64,000 nt of DNA from Bacillota bacterium (GTDB lineage Bacteria; Bacillota; Clostridia; Lachnospirales; Lachnospiraceae). A model generated the notes under the pieces. That model worked only from the letters and a program-made list of their open reading frames with translations, searched no databases and was not told the DNA's origin. Made by a program: the position numbers and the translations under genes. Positions 30,970-39,104 of the stretch are shown in pieces. The stretch lies in the NCBI GenBank assembly GCA_023408815.1, contig JAEYJO010000074.1, positions 6,768-70,767 of the forward strand, read 5' to 3'. Position 1 is the first letter of the stretch, and each line of letters opens with the position of its first letter.

Positions 30970-30998
30970 TTGACGCATTTAGTACTATATAGTATTAT
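30970..30998 (+). promoter_or_regulatory. Promoter with overlapping palindrome (probable MarR operator)
   Basis: TTGACG-17-TATTAT with TACTATATAGTA palindrome in the spacer and -10. Confidence 0.7.
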
Positions 30999-31021
30999 TC
31001 CACATAAAAGGAGGTGTTGAA

Positions 31022-31465
31022 TTGCTCGACAAAACTAACGGGGGATTTCTTATTAGCAAAATCAAACAAATTCAAGGGCGTATATTCGAAAAATTACTCA
31101 TTGAACATGGCATTAATCAATTTAACGGGGCTCAAGGGCGTATTCTTTTTGTCTTATGGGAAGAAGATAATATTCCGATAAAGGAGCTGGCAGATAGAAC
31201 CGGGCTCGCTAAAACGACTTTGACGAGTATGCTCGACCGATTGGAAGCATCTGGACATACTCAGCGGGTATATGATCCTTCTGATCGCAGAACAGTCAAA
31301 ATAAAGCTGACAGAAACCACTCTGAATCTAAAAAAACAATATGATGAAGTGTCCGTTAAAATGAGCGAAATTTTCTATAAAGGATTTGATGATGAAGAAA
31401 TCATTTCCTTCGAGAAGGGTCTTAACAAGATACTAAACAATATAACAAAATGGGAGCGAGAATAA
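31022..31465 (+). CDS. MarR-family regulator
   Basis: LAKTTLTSMLDRLE..DRR..IKLT. Confidence 0.92.
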   Translation: MLDKTNGGFLISKIKQIQGRIFEKLLIEHGINQFNGAQGRILFVLWEEDNIPIKELADRTGLAKTTLTSMLDRLEASGHTQRVYDPSDRRTVKIKLTETTLNLKKQYDEVSVKMSEIFYKGFDDEEIISFEKGLNKILNNITKWERE

Positions 31466-31896
31466 TGGAAGAAAGAATCAAAGCAGAAATCGGTAAATTA
31501 CGTAACAATGCATCCGTTGCATACATAGGATCTGTCAACGACGAAGGCTTTCCACAAATAAAAGGCATGCTCGTCCTTGAATACAACAGCATAAAAACTC
31601 ATTATTTTTCTACTAATACGAGTTCAAAACGTGTCAGACAATTTCTCAACAATCCAAAAGCATCCGTATATTATTGTGATGACACGATAAATGAATATGA
31701 AGGTGCATTGTTTACCGGAACAATGGAGGTATGTACTGATCACGATACAAAGGCTTTTTTATGGAGAGATGGATTTGAAATATATTATCCGAAAGGAATT
31801 GATGACGAAGATTATTGCGTTCTTAAATTTACCGCTGAGACAGTCAATTATTATCATGGATTAAATAATACAACCCTATCAATAGAAGAATTCTAA
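31465..31896 (+). CDS. Pyridoxamine 5'-phosphate oxidase-like protein
   Basis: FSTNTSS..NPKASVY..YPKGIDDEDY; TAATG coupling to marR. Confidence 0.85.
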   Translation: MEERIKAEIGKLRNNASVAYIGSVNDEGFPQIKGMLVLEYNSIKTHYFSTNTSSKRVRQFLNNPKASVYYCDDTINEYEGALFTGTMEVCTDHDTKAFLWRDGFEIYYPKGIDDEDYCVLKFTAETVNYYHGLNNTTLSIEEF

Positions 31897-31918
31897 TCTC
31901 ATTTTATAAACGAAAGAG

Positions 31919-32554
31919 GTGATTTGTATGGATTTTTATAATGTAATAAATAAACGGCGGACTATACGGGACTTTAGCGGCGAATCCATCGATATGGAAA
32001 CTCTCTATAAGATTATAGATGCCGGAATGAAAGCGCCCACAAATGACCACATGAGGGATTGGCATTTTGTGGTTATAACCGACAAGACCGTTATCGAAAA
32101 ACTAATAAAGAAAATCCCCAAAAAAATATCCGATAAACGTCTGGATTTTATTATGAAATCATGGAGAATAAATGACGACTGCCAAAGAAAAATGTACAAT
32201 AACGGAATACCGAAGCAATACCAAATGTTATTAAGTTCCAGCTGTGTATTAATACCCCTGTTCAAACAAAAAAAAGATTTATTGAAGCCACAGAATTTAT
32301 CTTCTCTCAATGCCTTCGCATCCATATGGTGTTGTATCGAAAATATATTTCTGGCAGCTACGGCAGAAGAGTATGCATGCACATTACGTATTCCTTTGGG
32401 AGACGAGCTGGAATATGTGAGAAGTGTCTTATCTTTTCCGGCTGAATATATGATGCCTTGTTATATAGGTATTGGAAAGCCGTCGGAAGACGCGGTATAT
32501 AATATTCAAAAGGAACATTCTCTGGATGACAGAATTCATATGAATGTATGGTAA
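31919..32554 (+). CDS. Nitroreductase family protein
   Basis: RRTIRDF, APT..WHFVV and IENIFLAA. Confidence 0.9.
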   Translation: MICMDFYNVINKRRTIRDFSGESIDMETLYKIIDAGMKAPTNDHMRDWHFVVITDKTVIEKLIKKIPKKISDKRLDFIMKSWRINDDCQRKMYNNGIPKQYQMLLSSSCVLIPLFKQKKDLLKPQNLSSLNAFASIWCCIENIFLAATAEEYACTLRIPLGDELEYVRSVLSFPAEYMMPCYIGIGKPSEDAVYNIQKEHSLDDRIHMNVW

Positions 32555-32637
32555 TAATCATTTTTTACTCAAATATTTCCTGTATTTTCTAATATCTTTT
32601 TCGGAGTTACTGCACACACTAATTCCGAGGTGATAAT

Positions 32638-32790
32638 ATGGCATCCTATGTATCCCCGGAGCTCCGGGAAAAATTTGAAACGCTGTCCATTGATTTAAAA
32701 AATAATATCCTGAGACGTAATGTAAGGCTGAATTCCATTCACGACTTAATTGACGTTCTCGAAGTAATTTCAAAAGAGGCAGGAGAATGA
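32638..32790 (+). CDS. 50-aa hypothetical protein (not in ORF track)
   Basis: RBS GAGGTG; MASYVSPELREKFETLSIDLKNNILRRNVRLNSIHDLIDVLEVISKEAGE. Confidence 0.7.
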   Translation: MASYVSPELREKFETLSIDLKNNILRRNVRLNSIHDLIDVLEVISKEAGE

Positions 32791-32860
32791 ATCTCCTGCC
32801 TTTGTAACTGCTAATCACTATTTCGCATAATATAATACAAATCCTCTCAGGACTCTCATT

Positions 32861-33580
32861 ATGACTATTTATACCGTAAATGCCGGAGATACTGTGAATT
32901 CTATTGCTTCCGCCTTTGGAGTTACCGCAGATTCCATCATATATAACAATCAGCTTGCCTCCCCTTACCGCCTTGCTGTAGGTCAGGCCCTTTTACTTAA
33001 CACGGGGGAAAATACTTCTGACAAGAGATCTATCTACACGAACGGCTACGCTTACCCCTTCATCAACAGCTTTAACCTGACAGAAACACTGCCATATCTC
33101 ACTGATTTATCCATATTTTCCTATGGCTTCACAACCACGGGCGAACTGGTTCCCCCTCCTATAGACGATACATGGATGATTGCGCTTGCCAAGGAGGCAG
33201 GTACTGCTCCTATCCTTACACTAACTCCCTTCGGCCCGGACGGCTTGTTCAACAATCATCTGATTACCGTGGTAGTAAGCGATATGGCAGTACAGCAGAA
33301 TCTTATCGACCAGCTCCTGGCGATAATTTCCCAAAAAGGGTTCGAAGGAGTTGATATCGATTTCGAATATATTCTGGCGGAGGATAGAGTTCTCTTTGCA
33401 GAGTTCGTTGCCAATGTACGTGCCGCGGTGAACGCCGTAGGCTATCCCGTCTCCGTAGCCCTCGCACCCAAGACCTCCGACGACCAGCCGGGGCTGCTTT
33501 ATGGCGGAAAGGATTACGGGCTTTTGGGAGCGGCTGCGGATAGCGTACTCCTTATGACATATGAATGGGGCTATACATAA
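32861..33580 (+). pseudogene. LysM-GH18 spore cortex hydrolase (YaaH/SleL/YdhD-like), 5' part truncated at the prophage boundary
   Basis: N-terminal LysM and GVDIDFE catalytic motif; stops abruptly at LMTYEWGYT* in mid-domain, where phage cargo begins. Confidence 0.85.
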
Positions 33581-33654
33581 CACCATTTAAGTCATTGTCA
33601 TTATATTGGCAGCGCGTACAATATTGTGCCTGCTGCCTCTTTATTTTTATCTCT

Positions 33655-33966
33655 TTATATTATCATTATCCATTTATCATCCAATATAAAACGTATCAAT
33701 TTAATCTCTTGCATGATCCCGCCTATTATAGCTTCGCATATATATTCTTTCGTCGGTATCCCTGAGTAATTCTTTTTTTCACATGTTATTAACCTTATTT
33801 CTGTAACAGTTTGAATTACTCCGTCTTCCCCTTTGAACTTTATAAGACGAGGTGATGTTTTGCCCTCACTTGTAAACCAGCAATCACAAGCTGCCTTGAA
33901 TTTCTTTCCTGCAATAACCCCCGCATCGGTCGTATTCGTATTTGTACCAATTCCAAAAGCAGACAT
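33655..33966 (-). CDS. Small protein downstream of the Y-family polymerase (possible YolD/UmuD-like accessory)
   Basis: RBS and position 11 nt after the polymerase; function inferred from context only. Confidence 0.65.
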   Translation of the reverse strand: MSAFGIGTNTNTTDAGVIAGKKFKAACDCWFTSEGKTSPRLIKFKGEDGVIQTVTEIRLITCEKKNYSGIPTKEYICEAIIGGIMQEIKLIRFILDDKWIMII

Positions 33967-33977
33967 AATCTATACCT

Positions 33978-35249
33978 CTACATAATATTTAGCTTGCTAT
34001 AATCAACAGTTCTCTTTTCTCTTGATATTCCCCCTTCCATGTGGTCGATTCGCGATTCAAGGAAAGCTGCCCTCTTAATCGCATCATTACCGTACTTCAA
34101 ACGTATGCTATCTATTGCTGTATCTAACTTTTCTTGTTTTTCAAAGTCAAAATTATTAAGGAAAGAAAGCTGCCTCGCAGACACGTCCGGTACAATCCTC
34201 GAAGTATGGACCCCTAAGTGCCTTATCGGGCTGCCATCCCATAACTCACCGAAGAGCCGGCAGGCGTACTCGTATATTTCAAGCGTGATATTTGTCGGCG
34301 TATCTAAGATGGTTTGATGGCCTGCGTATCTAAACTCATAGTCTTTTATACCTATCGACACGACTCCGGCCTTTACCCGATCAGTTCTCAGCCTGGCCGC
34401 CACGGTCTCGGATAATGCCAACAACACCCTCTTCGCCGTCTCGGAATCCTTCGCGTCAAAGGAAATCGTCGTGCTGTTTCCGTAACCTTTGTTGTCCGGC
34501 CTTATTTCTTCCACACTGGAAAAGTCAATACCATTCGCGAATCCCCATATTACTTTACCGTGTGTCTTAAAGTGATGATATAACATGTCGGTATCGGCGT
34601 GTGCTAATTGTCCAATAGTACCTATCCCTAGATTTAGCAGCTTTTTGTTGGTGGCGCGACCCACGTAAAAAAGATCAGATACCGGTAACGGCCACATCTT
34701 AACCGCAATCTCATCCGGGAAGAGCGTGTGTACTAAGTCCGGCTTACGAAAGTCCCCTGCCATTTTGGCGAGTAACTTGTTATTAGATACCCCAATGTTG
34801 ACGGTAAACCCCAACTCATCCCGTATGCGGTCTTTTATCTGATTGGCCACTTTTACCGGCTCTCCCCAAAGCAAGCTCGTTCCGGTCATATCAATAAATG
34901 CCTCATCAACGCTATATTGCTCCACTACGGGCGTATACTCACGCAGAATACTCATAAATGCTTTGGAGGATTGCTCATATAAGTTATAATTCGGAGGAAC
35001 AAGTACAAGATTAGGGCATTTCTTAAGTGCATCTGGTATGGATTCGCCCGTTTGTATTTTAAACTTTTTAGCGGGGATTGACTTAGCAAGAATAATTCCA
35101 TGCCGCTGTTCTATGCTCCCTCCAACAGCAGAAGGAATATCCCGCAGGTCCGTCTTGGAAAATAGATGTTTTAACCTATAAACCGCCTCCCACGACAAAA
35201 AAGCGCTATTTACGTCGATATGATATATAATCCTTTCCACAATAATCAC
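33978..35249 (-). CDS. Phage-borne Y-family DNA polymerase (DinB/UmuC/UvrX-like)
   Basis: HIDVNSAF, YSVDEAFID and AKMAGD. Confidence 0.92.
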   Translation of the reverse strand: MIIVERIIYHIDVNSAFLSWEAVYRLKHLFSKTDLRDIPSAVGGSIEQRHGIILAKSIPAKKFKIQTGESIPDALKKCPNLVLVPPNYNLYEQSSKAFMSILREYTPVVEQYSVDEAFIDMTGTSLLWGEPVKVANQIKDRIRDELGFTVNIGVSNNKLLAKMAGDFRKPDLVHTLFPDEIAVKMWPLPVSDLFYVGRATNKKLLNLGIGTIGQLAHADTDMLYHHFKTHGKVIWGFANGIDFSSVEEIRPDNKGYGNSTTISFDAKDSETAKRVLLALSETVAARLRTDRVKAGVVSIGIKDYEFRYAGHQTILDTPTNITLEIYEYACRLFGELWDGSPIRHLGVHTSRIVPDVSARQLSFLNNFDFEKQEKLDTAIDSIRLKYGNDAIKRAAFLESRIDHMEGGISREKRTVDYSKLNIM

Positions 35250-35264
35250 CTCTTCATGGAGTTG

Positions 35265-35293
35265 ATTATAGCGAACATCTGTTCTATTTGCAA
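35265..35293 (-). promoter_or_regulatory. sigmaA promoter with Firmicute LexA (Cheo) box
   Basis: TTGCAA-17-TATAAT; the spacer holds AGAACAGATGTTCG (GAAC-N4-GTTC). Confidence 0.85.
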
Positions 35294-35324
35294 GTGGTAA
35301 TTTTTTCTCATTATGTCATGAATA

Positions 35325-35906
35325 TTATAACGATAACTTTACTTGTTCATTTTCTCGGATTTGCTTAAGCTGCGCGGAAGTTTTATGAAGGACATAGTCG
35401 GTAAATTGATCATCAAATACCCAGCTTTCCAATTCGCTGTTTTCCAGAATAAGAGGCATTCGGTCATGTACATCTTTCATGGATTCATTTGCACCGGTTG
35501 TCAGAATAACAAATCTGTCCTCATCCTCGTACCGCTTCCATATTCCGGCCATGTATAAGATATTGCTATCCTTACGCACAAATCGTATCTTATTTTTTGC
35601 GGAATCCCACTCGTAAAAACCTGCGGCCGGCACTATACACCGAGTCTCCATAATGGGCTTGCTGAATGTCCGCTTATCTTTGACCGTCTCGCTCCGGGCA
35701 TTAATGATTACGCCTTTTTTCGCATAATTAGGGAATCCCCATACCATAGTAGATAATGCTAGGGCATCCTGATCGGCGCGGATAATTGGTACTTGGTTTG
35801 TCGGGTAAATTTCGCTTTTCTTATGCGCCATCTTCTCACTTACCTGGCGTACTATTTTCTCTATCTCATTTACTGTCTCATCATCTACATAATATCTGCC
35901 GCACAT
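35325..35906 (-). CDS. SOS response-associated peptidase (SRAP/HMCES/YedK family)
   Basis: MCGRY, INARSET, GFYEW and HDRMP. Confidence 0.95.
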   Translation of the reverse strand: MCGRYYVDDETVNEIEKIVRQVSEKMAHKKSEIYPTNQVPIIRADQDALALSTMVWGFPNYAKKGVIINARSETVKDKRTFSKPIMETRCIVPAAGFYEWDSAKNKIRFVRKDSNILYMAGIWKRYEDEDRFVILTTGANESMKDVHDRMPLILENSELESWVFDDQFTDYVLHKTSAQLKQIRENEQVKLSL

Positions 35907-35970
35907 ACGCGTCCCTCCATCGTTTCTACTTATTATCTGCGTCCATTAAGCTTTTTACACATTATACATC

Positions 35971-36011
35971 AAAAAAAGGCCCCAAACCATAATATGGTCA
36001 GGAGCCTTTTA
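35971..36011 (-). terminator. Terminator after endolysin
   Basis: Hairpin followed by a T-run on the minus strand. Confidence 0.6.
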
Positions 36012-36013
36012 AA

Positions 36014-36889
36014 CTAAAAACTATTTACTTTTACTGCTGTGCCAGTATCTCGCGCCCAATACTGCACCGTTCTGCTATCCACATGGACAAATGTATTATA
36101 CTGAATAATTCCTTTGATACCTAAGGTCTGCGCGTATTTTGCAACCTGGGCCGGTGTCTTACCTTTTACTACAATATCGAAAGCTTGTCCTTTCGTATGA
36201 TATGAGCCCACCGCGCCTCCTACCTTCTTATTATAAGTGGCTGTCCGGTAAGCGCTATTAATCGTAACAGCTGCCCCGAAATAATCCCTTATCGCCTGGA
36301 GCTTATTCTGGACAAAATTAACGTCAATCAGAATCTTATCCGAGCCGTCCTTGCATGCAAATTCTTTCACTTTAAAGTTTGCACTGATAGACTTTGCACC
36401 GTCTGCCTTGAGAGAATACTCTACTATACGCACTGTGTCCGCTTCCGTACTGTTCCCTGCAGCCTGAAGGTATAAGTCTTGCTCGGCTTTACGACGACGC
36501 GTAAGTCCAGCAAGCGCTTTCCCACCAGCCTTATTATACAATACAATCTTTTCAGCTATTACCGCACGGCTTCTTGTTCCATTGGCTGTTAGCTGGTCAA
36601 TGCTGCCAATGTTATAGGCAAAGGAAACGAGGGCGTCAAATTCATTCTGCCGCCATTTATACTTACTGTCATATTTAATAACTTTAGCCTCAAACTTTTC
36701 AAGGTCCGCTTTTAAATAAGCATCCGCCTGCGCCTGTGTGATCTGCATTCCTGCTTTTACATCCGGTCCATAATGCCCGTACCCAATAGTATAATACGTT
36801 TCAGTCGCCACCGGCTTGTAAGCAGTCAATCGGCAACCTTCAAACCGTTTAATTAAATCGATTCCCGTCTGTGATGTTTTCATTCGCAT
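36014..36889 (-). CDS. Endolysin: GH24 lysozyme plus M15 peptidase-like domain
   Basis: FEGCRL..TIGYGH..GLTRRR; SAYRT..SYH..AFD..FVHVD. Confidence 0.9.
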   Translation of the reverse strand: MRMKTSQTGIDLIKRFEGCRLTAYKPVATETYYTIGYGHYGPDVKAGMQITQAQADAYLKADLEKFEAKVIKYDSKYKWRQNEFDALVSFAYNIGSIDQLTANGTRSRAVIAEKIVLYNKAGGKALAGLTRRRKAEQDLYLQAAGNSTEADTVRIVEYSLKADGAKSISANFKVKEFACKDGSDKILIDVNFVQNKLQAIRDYFGAAVTINSAYRTATYNKKVGGAVGSYHTKGQAFDIVVKGKTPAQVAKYAQTLGIKGIIQYNTFVHVDSRTVQYWARDTGTAVKVNSF

Positions 36890-36955
36890 AATCCTTTCAT
36901 ATGATATCCGGCTATTGTTATAGCAATTCCGGCCAAAATAATAAGCGTAATCATC

Positions 36956-37357
36956 TTATTCCTCCAGCTGACTCTTCAGCTTTTCCACTTCTTTTTCCGC
37001 CTTGTTTTCTCCATATACATAATTGGCCAGCGTCCTATTATTGATTAAAATCGCCTTTGCCGTTTTCAGTGCATCCGTTACCCATAAACTAAACACATCA
37101 AAGGATATAATCCTCGCAACCCAGGTAAAGGCCGGAACTGCACAGAACATTCTCCATACCTCTCTTAGCTTGAGTTGCCCGGTGTCGCTTTGCAATGACC
37201 GCTCCGCTTCGATGCACGCTGATACGAGCCACTCTTTTATTTTTTCTACCTGCTTTTCGGTAGGAAGTCCGAAAAACCTGTATATTGCTACTCCAATAGT
37301 AATACCACACGCGGCTAACGCTACGATTAAAAACCAATTTTCAGTCACCCAATTCAT
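36956..37357 (-). CDS. Putative holin
   Basis: N-terminal TM; directly upstream of the lysin. Confidence 0.7.
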   Translation of the reverse strand: MNWVTENWFLIVALAACGITIGVAIYRFFGLPTEKQVEKIKEWLVSACIEAERSLQSDTGQLKLREVWRMFCAVPAFTWVARIISFDVFSLWVTDALKTAKAILINNRTLANYVYGENKAEKEVEKLKSQLEE

Positions 37358-37359
37358 AA

Positions 37360-37632
37360 TTATTCCTCACTTTCTAGGCTTTCTAGCCTGCTGTAATCTT
37401 TGTTTTTTCTGCAATTTTCCGTTTTTGCTTTCCATGTAATAAAACCCGAAAATACTGCTAATTCCGTATATGCACATGGAGGTATGACCGCCAGCGCACT
37501 CATATCAGTAATGCCAAGAATTCCACTTAATGCGGTTAATATAACAACTGCAACTACGATAAGGTGTACCGCTACAAAATTGTAATAATACATACGGTCT
37601 GTATATCCACGTCGAAATAATATTCGTTTCAC
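37360..37632 (-). CDS. Two-TM membrane protein (holin-like)
   Basis: Two hydrophobic segments and a charged C-tail; in lysis cassette. Confidence 0.6.
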   Translation of the reverse strand: MKRILFRRGYTDRMYYYNFVAVHLIVVAVVILTALSGILGITDMSALAVIPPCAYTELAVFSGFITWKAKTENCRKNKDYSRLESLESEE

Positions 37633-37887
37633 TCAGCCACCAGCTTCCTCTAAATTATCAATTCGATGATTTGCCACCTTAATCTTTTCTTCCTGCAAAG
37701 CAGTTATCTCCTCAAGTTTATAGGTGCGCTCAATTACATTATTATGCTTATCAACTCGCTTAGTAAGCTCTGTTAGCTTATAATCAATTAAAGCTGTGGT
37801 CTTGCTATTTTGAAAATGATTATTTACTACGCATACTGCAAGAGTTATTCCACTCGTAATCAGCGCCGCTATAACGGTTTCACTCAT
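37633..37887 (-). CDS. TM plus coiled-coil lysis-cassette protein
   Basis: Hydrophobic N-terminus and heptad C-terminus. Confidence 0.65.
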   Translation of the reverse strand: MSETVIAALITSGITLAVCVVNNHFQNSKTTALIDYKLTELTKRVDKHNNVIERTYKLEEITALQEEKIKVANHRIDNLEEAGG

Positions 37888-37951
37888 AATTTATCCTCAT
37901 TTCCTATAAATCTAAAAGCCAGCAAAGGTTTCTCTTCACTGGCTCTTGAAA

Positions 37952-38053
37952 TTATTTTGCTGCCCTATATAATTCTCTTACTATCCTTAGCAGAGTGTTA
38001 AGACTAAGGCCATTTGCTTTCAGGTCACTGATTACTTTTCTTAGTTCTTCCAT
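37952..38053 (-). CDS. 33-aa small protein
   Basis: AAGGAGG RBS; MEELRKVISDLKANGLSLNTLLRIVRELYRAAK; terminator-like hairpin follows. Confidence 0.55.
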   Translation of the reverse strand: MEELRKVISDLKANGLSLNTLLRIVRELYRAAK

Positions 38054-38075
38054 ATAGCCTCCTTAAAAATACAGG

Positions 38076-38840
38076 TTAATTTCTATATAAAATAGTCATC
38101 TTGCATGCGTTACCACCTCCAAGATATAGCGCATTACCATAACTTACGCTGATTACTCCAGTTTCGGCATTGTAGCTTGGTTTCATCCCATCCCGCCACA
38201 CTTCTGGATTGCCACTCTCATACGTAGTCCCGTATTTTGCAGCTGTAATGCCATCTGTTTGTATGTACACTTCTGCGTATATGCCAAAATCACAAGATGA
38301 TGCATTGATAACCTCGTAGCCAGTCGTATCTCCAACAAACCACTCTCCAGGACTGTCTGTGAGACATATTTTCCTTATGTCATAAGGATTACCCAATTTT
38401 TTTGGTACTGAATCAGCACCTACCACATACTTTCCGGTGGCATCTTCATAAAAATACATACCTCCAAACTTATCATTTAATGTTTTACCTGCCCTTGCAT
38501 CTAAAACATAACCATCAGCTGTAATCCCTAAAGTATTCGATACCCCCTTAAATGCTGCCGTACCTAAATCCGCAAACCATCTGCTTACCTTACCCGCAAT
38601 AGTCGATAAAGTATCCTTGGATTGAAGGTTTGTCCGCGTGGAGGCCATTGTAAAAGTCACAGTATTATCACTTACCGGGCTTGTAGTGCTTGGCTTTGCT
38701 TTCAGTTCCGCTAATTCTGCGGCGGATATAAATTGGCGGTTATCATCTGTTTCAACATTTTCAGCTAAAACACCAATTGGGAATTCGTGTACTTCTCCGT
38801 CATGTTCTTGTCTAATATTACTAATACAATTTTGGTCCAT
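38076..38840 (-). CDS. Tail fibre/receptor-binding-like protein
   Basis: VLDARAGKTLNDK fibre-type motif shared with the upstream fibre gene; position. Confidence 0.65.
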   Translation of the reverse strand: MDQNCISNIRQEHDGEVHEFPIGVLAENVETDDNRQFISAAELAELKAKPSTTSPVSDNTVTFTMASTRTNLQSKDTLSTIAGKVSRWFADLGTAAFKGVSNTLGITADGYVLDARAGKTLNDKFGGMYFYEDATGKYVVGADSVPKKLGNPYDIRKICLTDSPGEWFVGDTTGYEVINASSCDFGIYAEVYIQTDGITAAKYGTTYESGNPEVWRDGMKPSYNAETGVISVSYGNALYLGGGNACKMTILYRN

Positions 38841-38857
38841 TTTTGCTCTCCTTATTT

Positions 38858-39028
38858 TTATTGAAATACTACTTCTAAAACGATGTTTGACTTTGTAACG
38901 GTTCTAGTTGTCGATGCGTTGTTTCTTAATTCGATACCACAATATGCGGTATCTACTCCGCTACTTCCATACTTAGATTTTATTATCCCGTAATCTACAA
39001 TAGCAGTTACCCCTACTATCGTTTTGAG
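38858..39028 (-). pseudogene. Start-less ORF fragment, probably a relic tail-fibre C-terminus
   Basis: 56-codon open frame (LKTIVGVTAIVDYG..IVLEVVFQ*) preceded by an in-frame stop. Confidence 0.45.
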
Positions 39029-39104
39029 TTATAAAGTCATCTATAATAATAGCCTTCCTTATCTAATAAACTCGATTACATTTGCCATAATTTTATTCTC
39101 CTTT

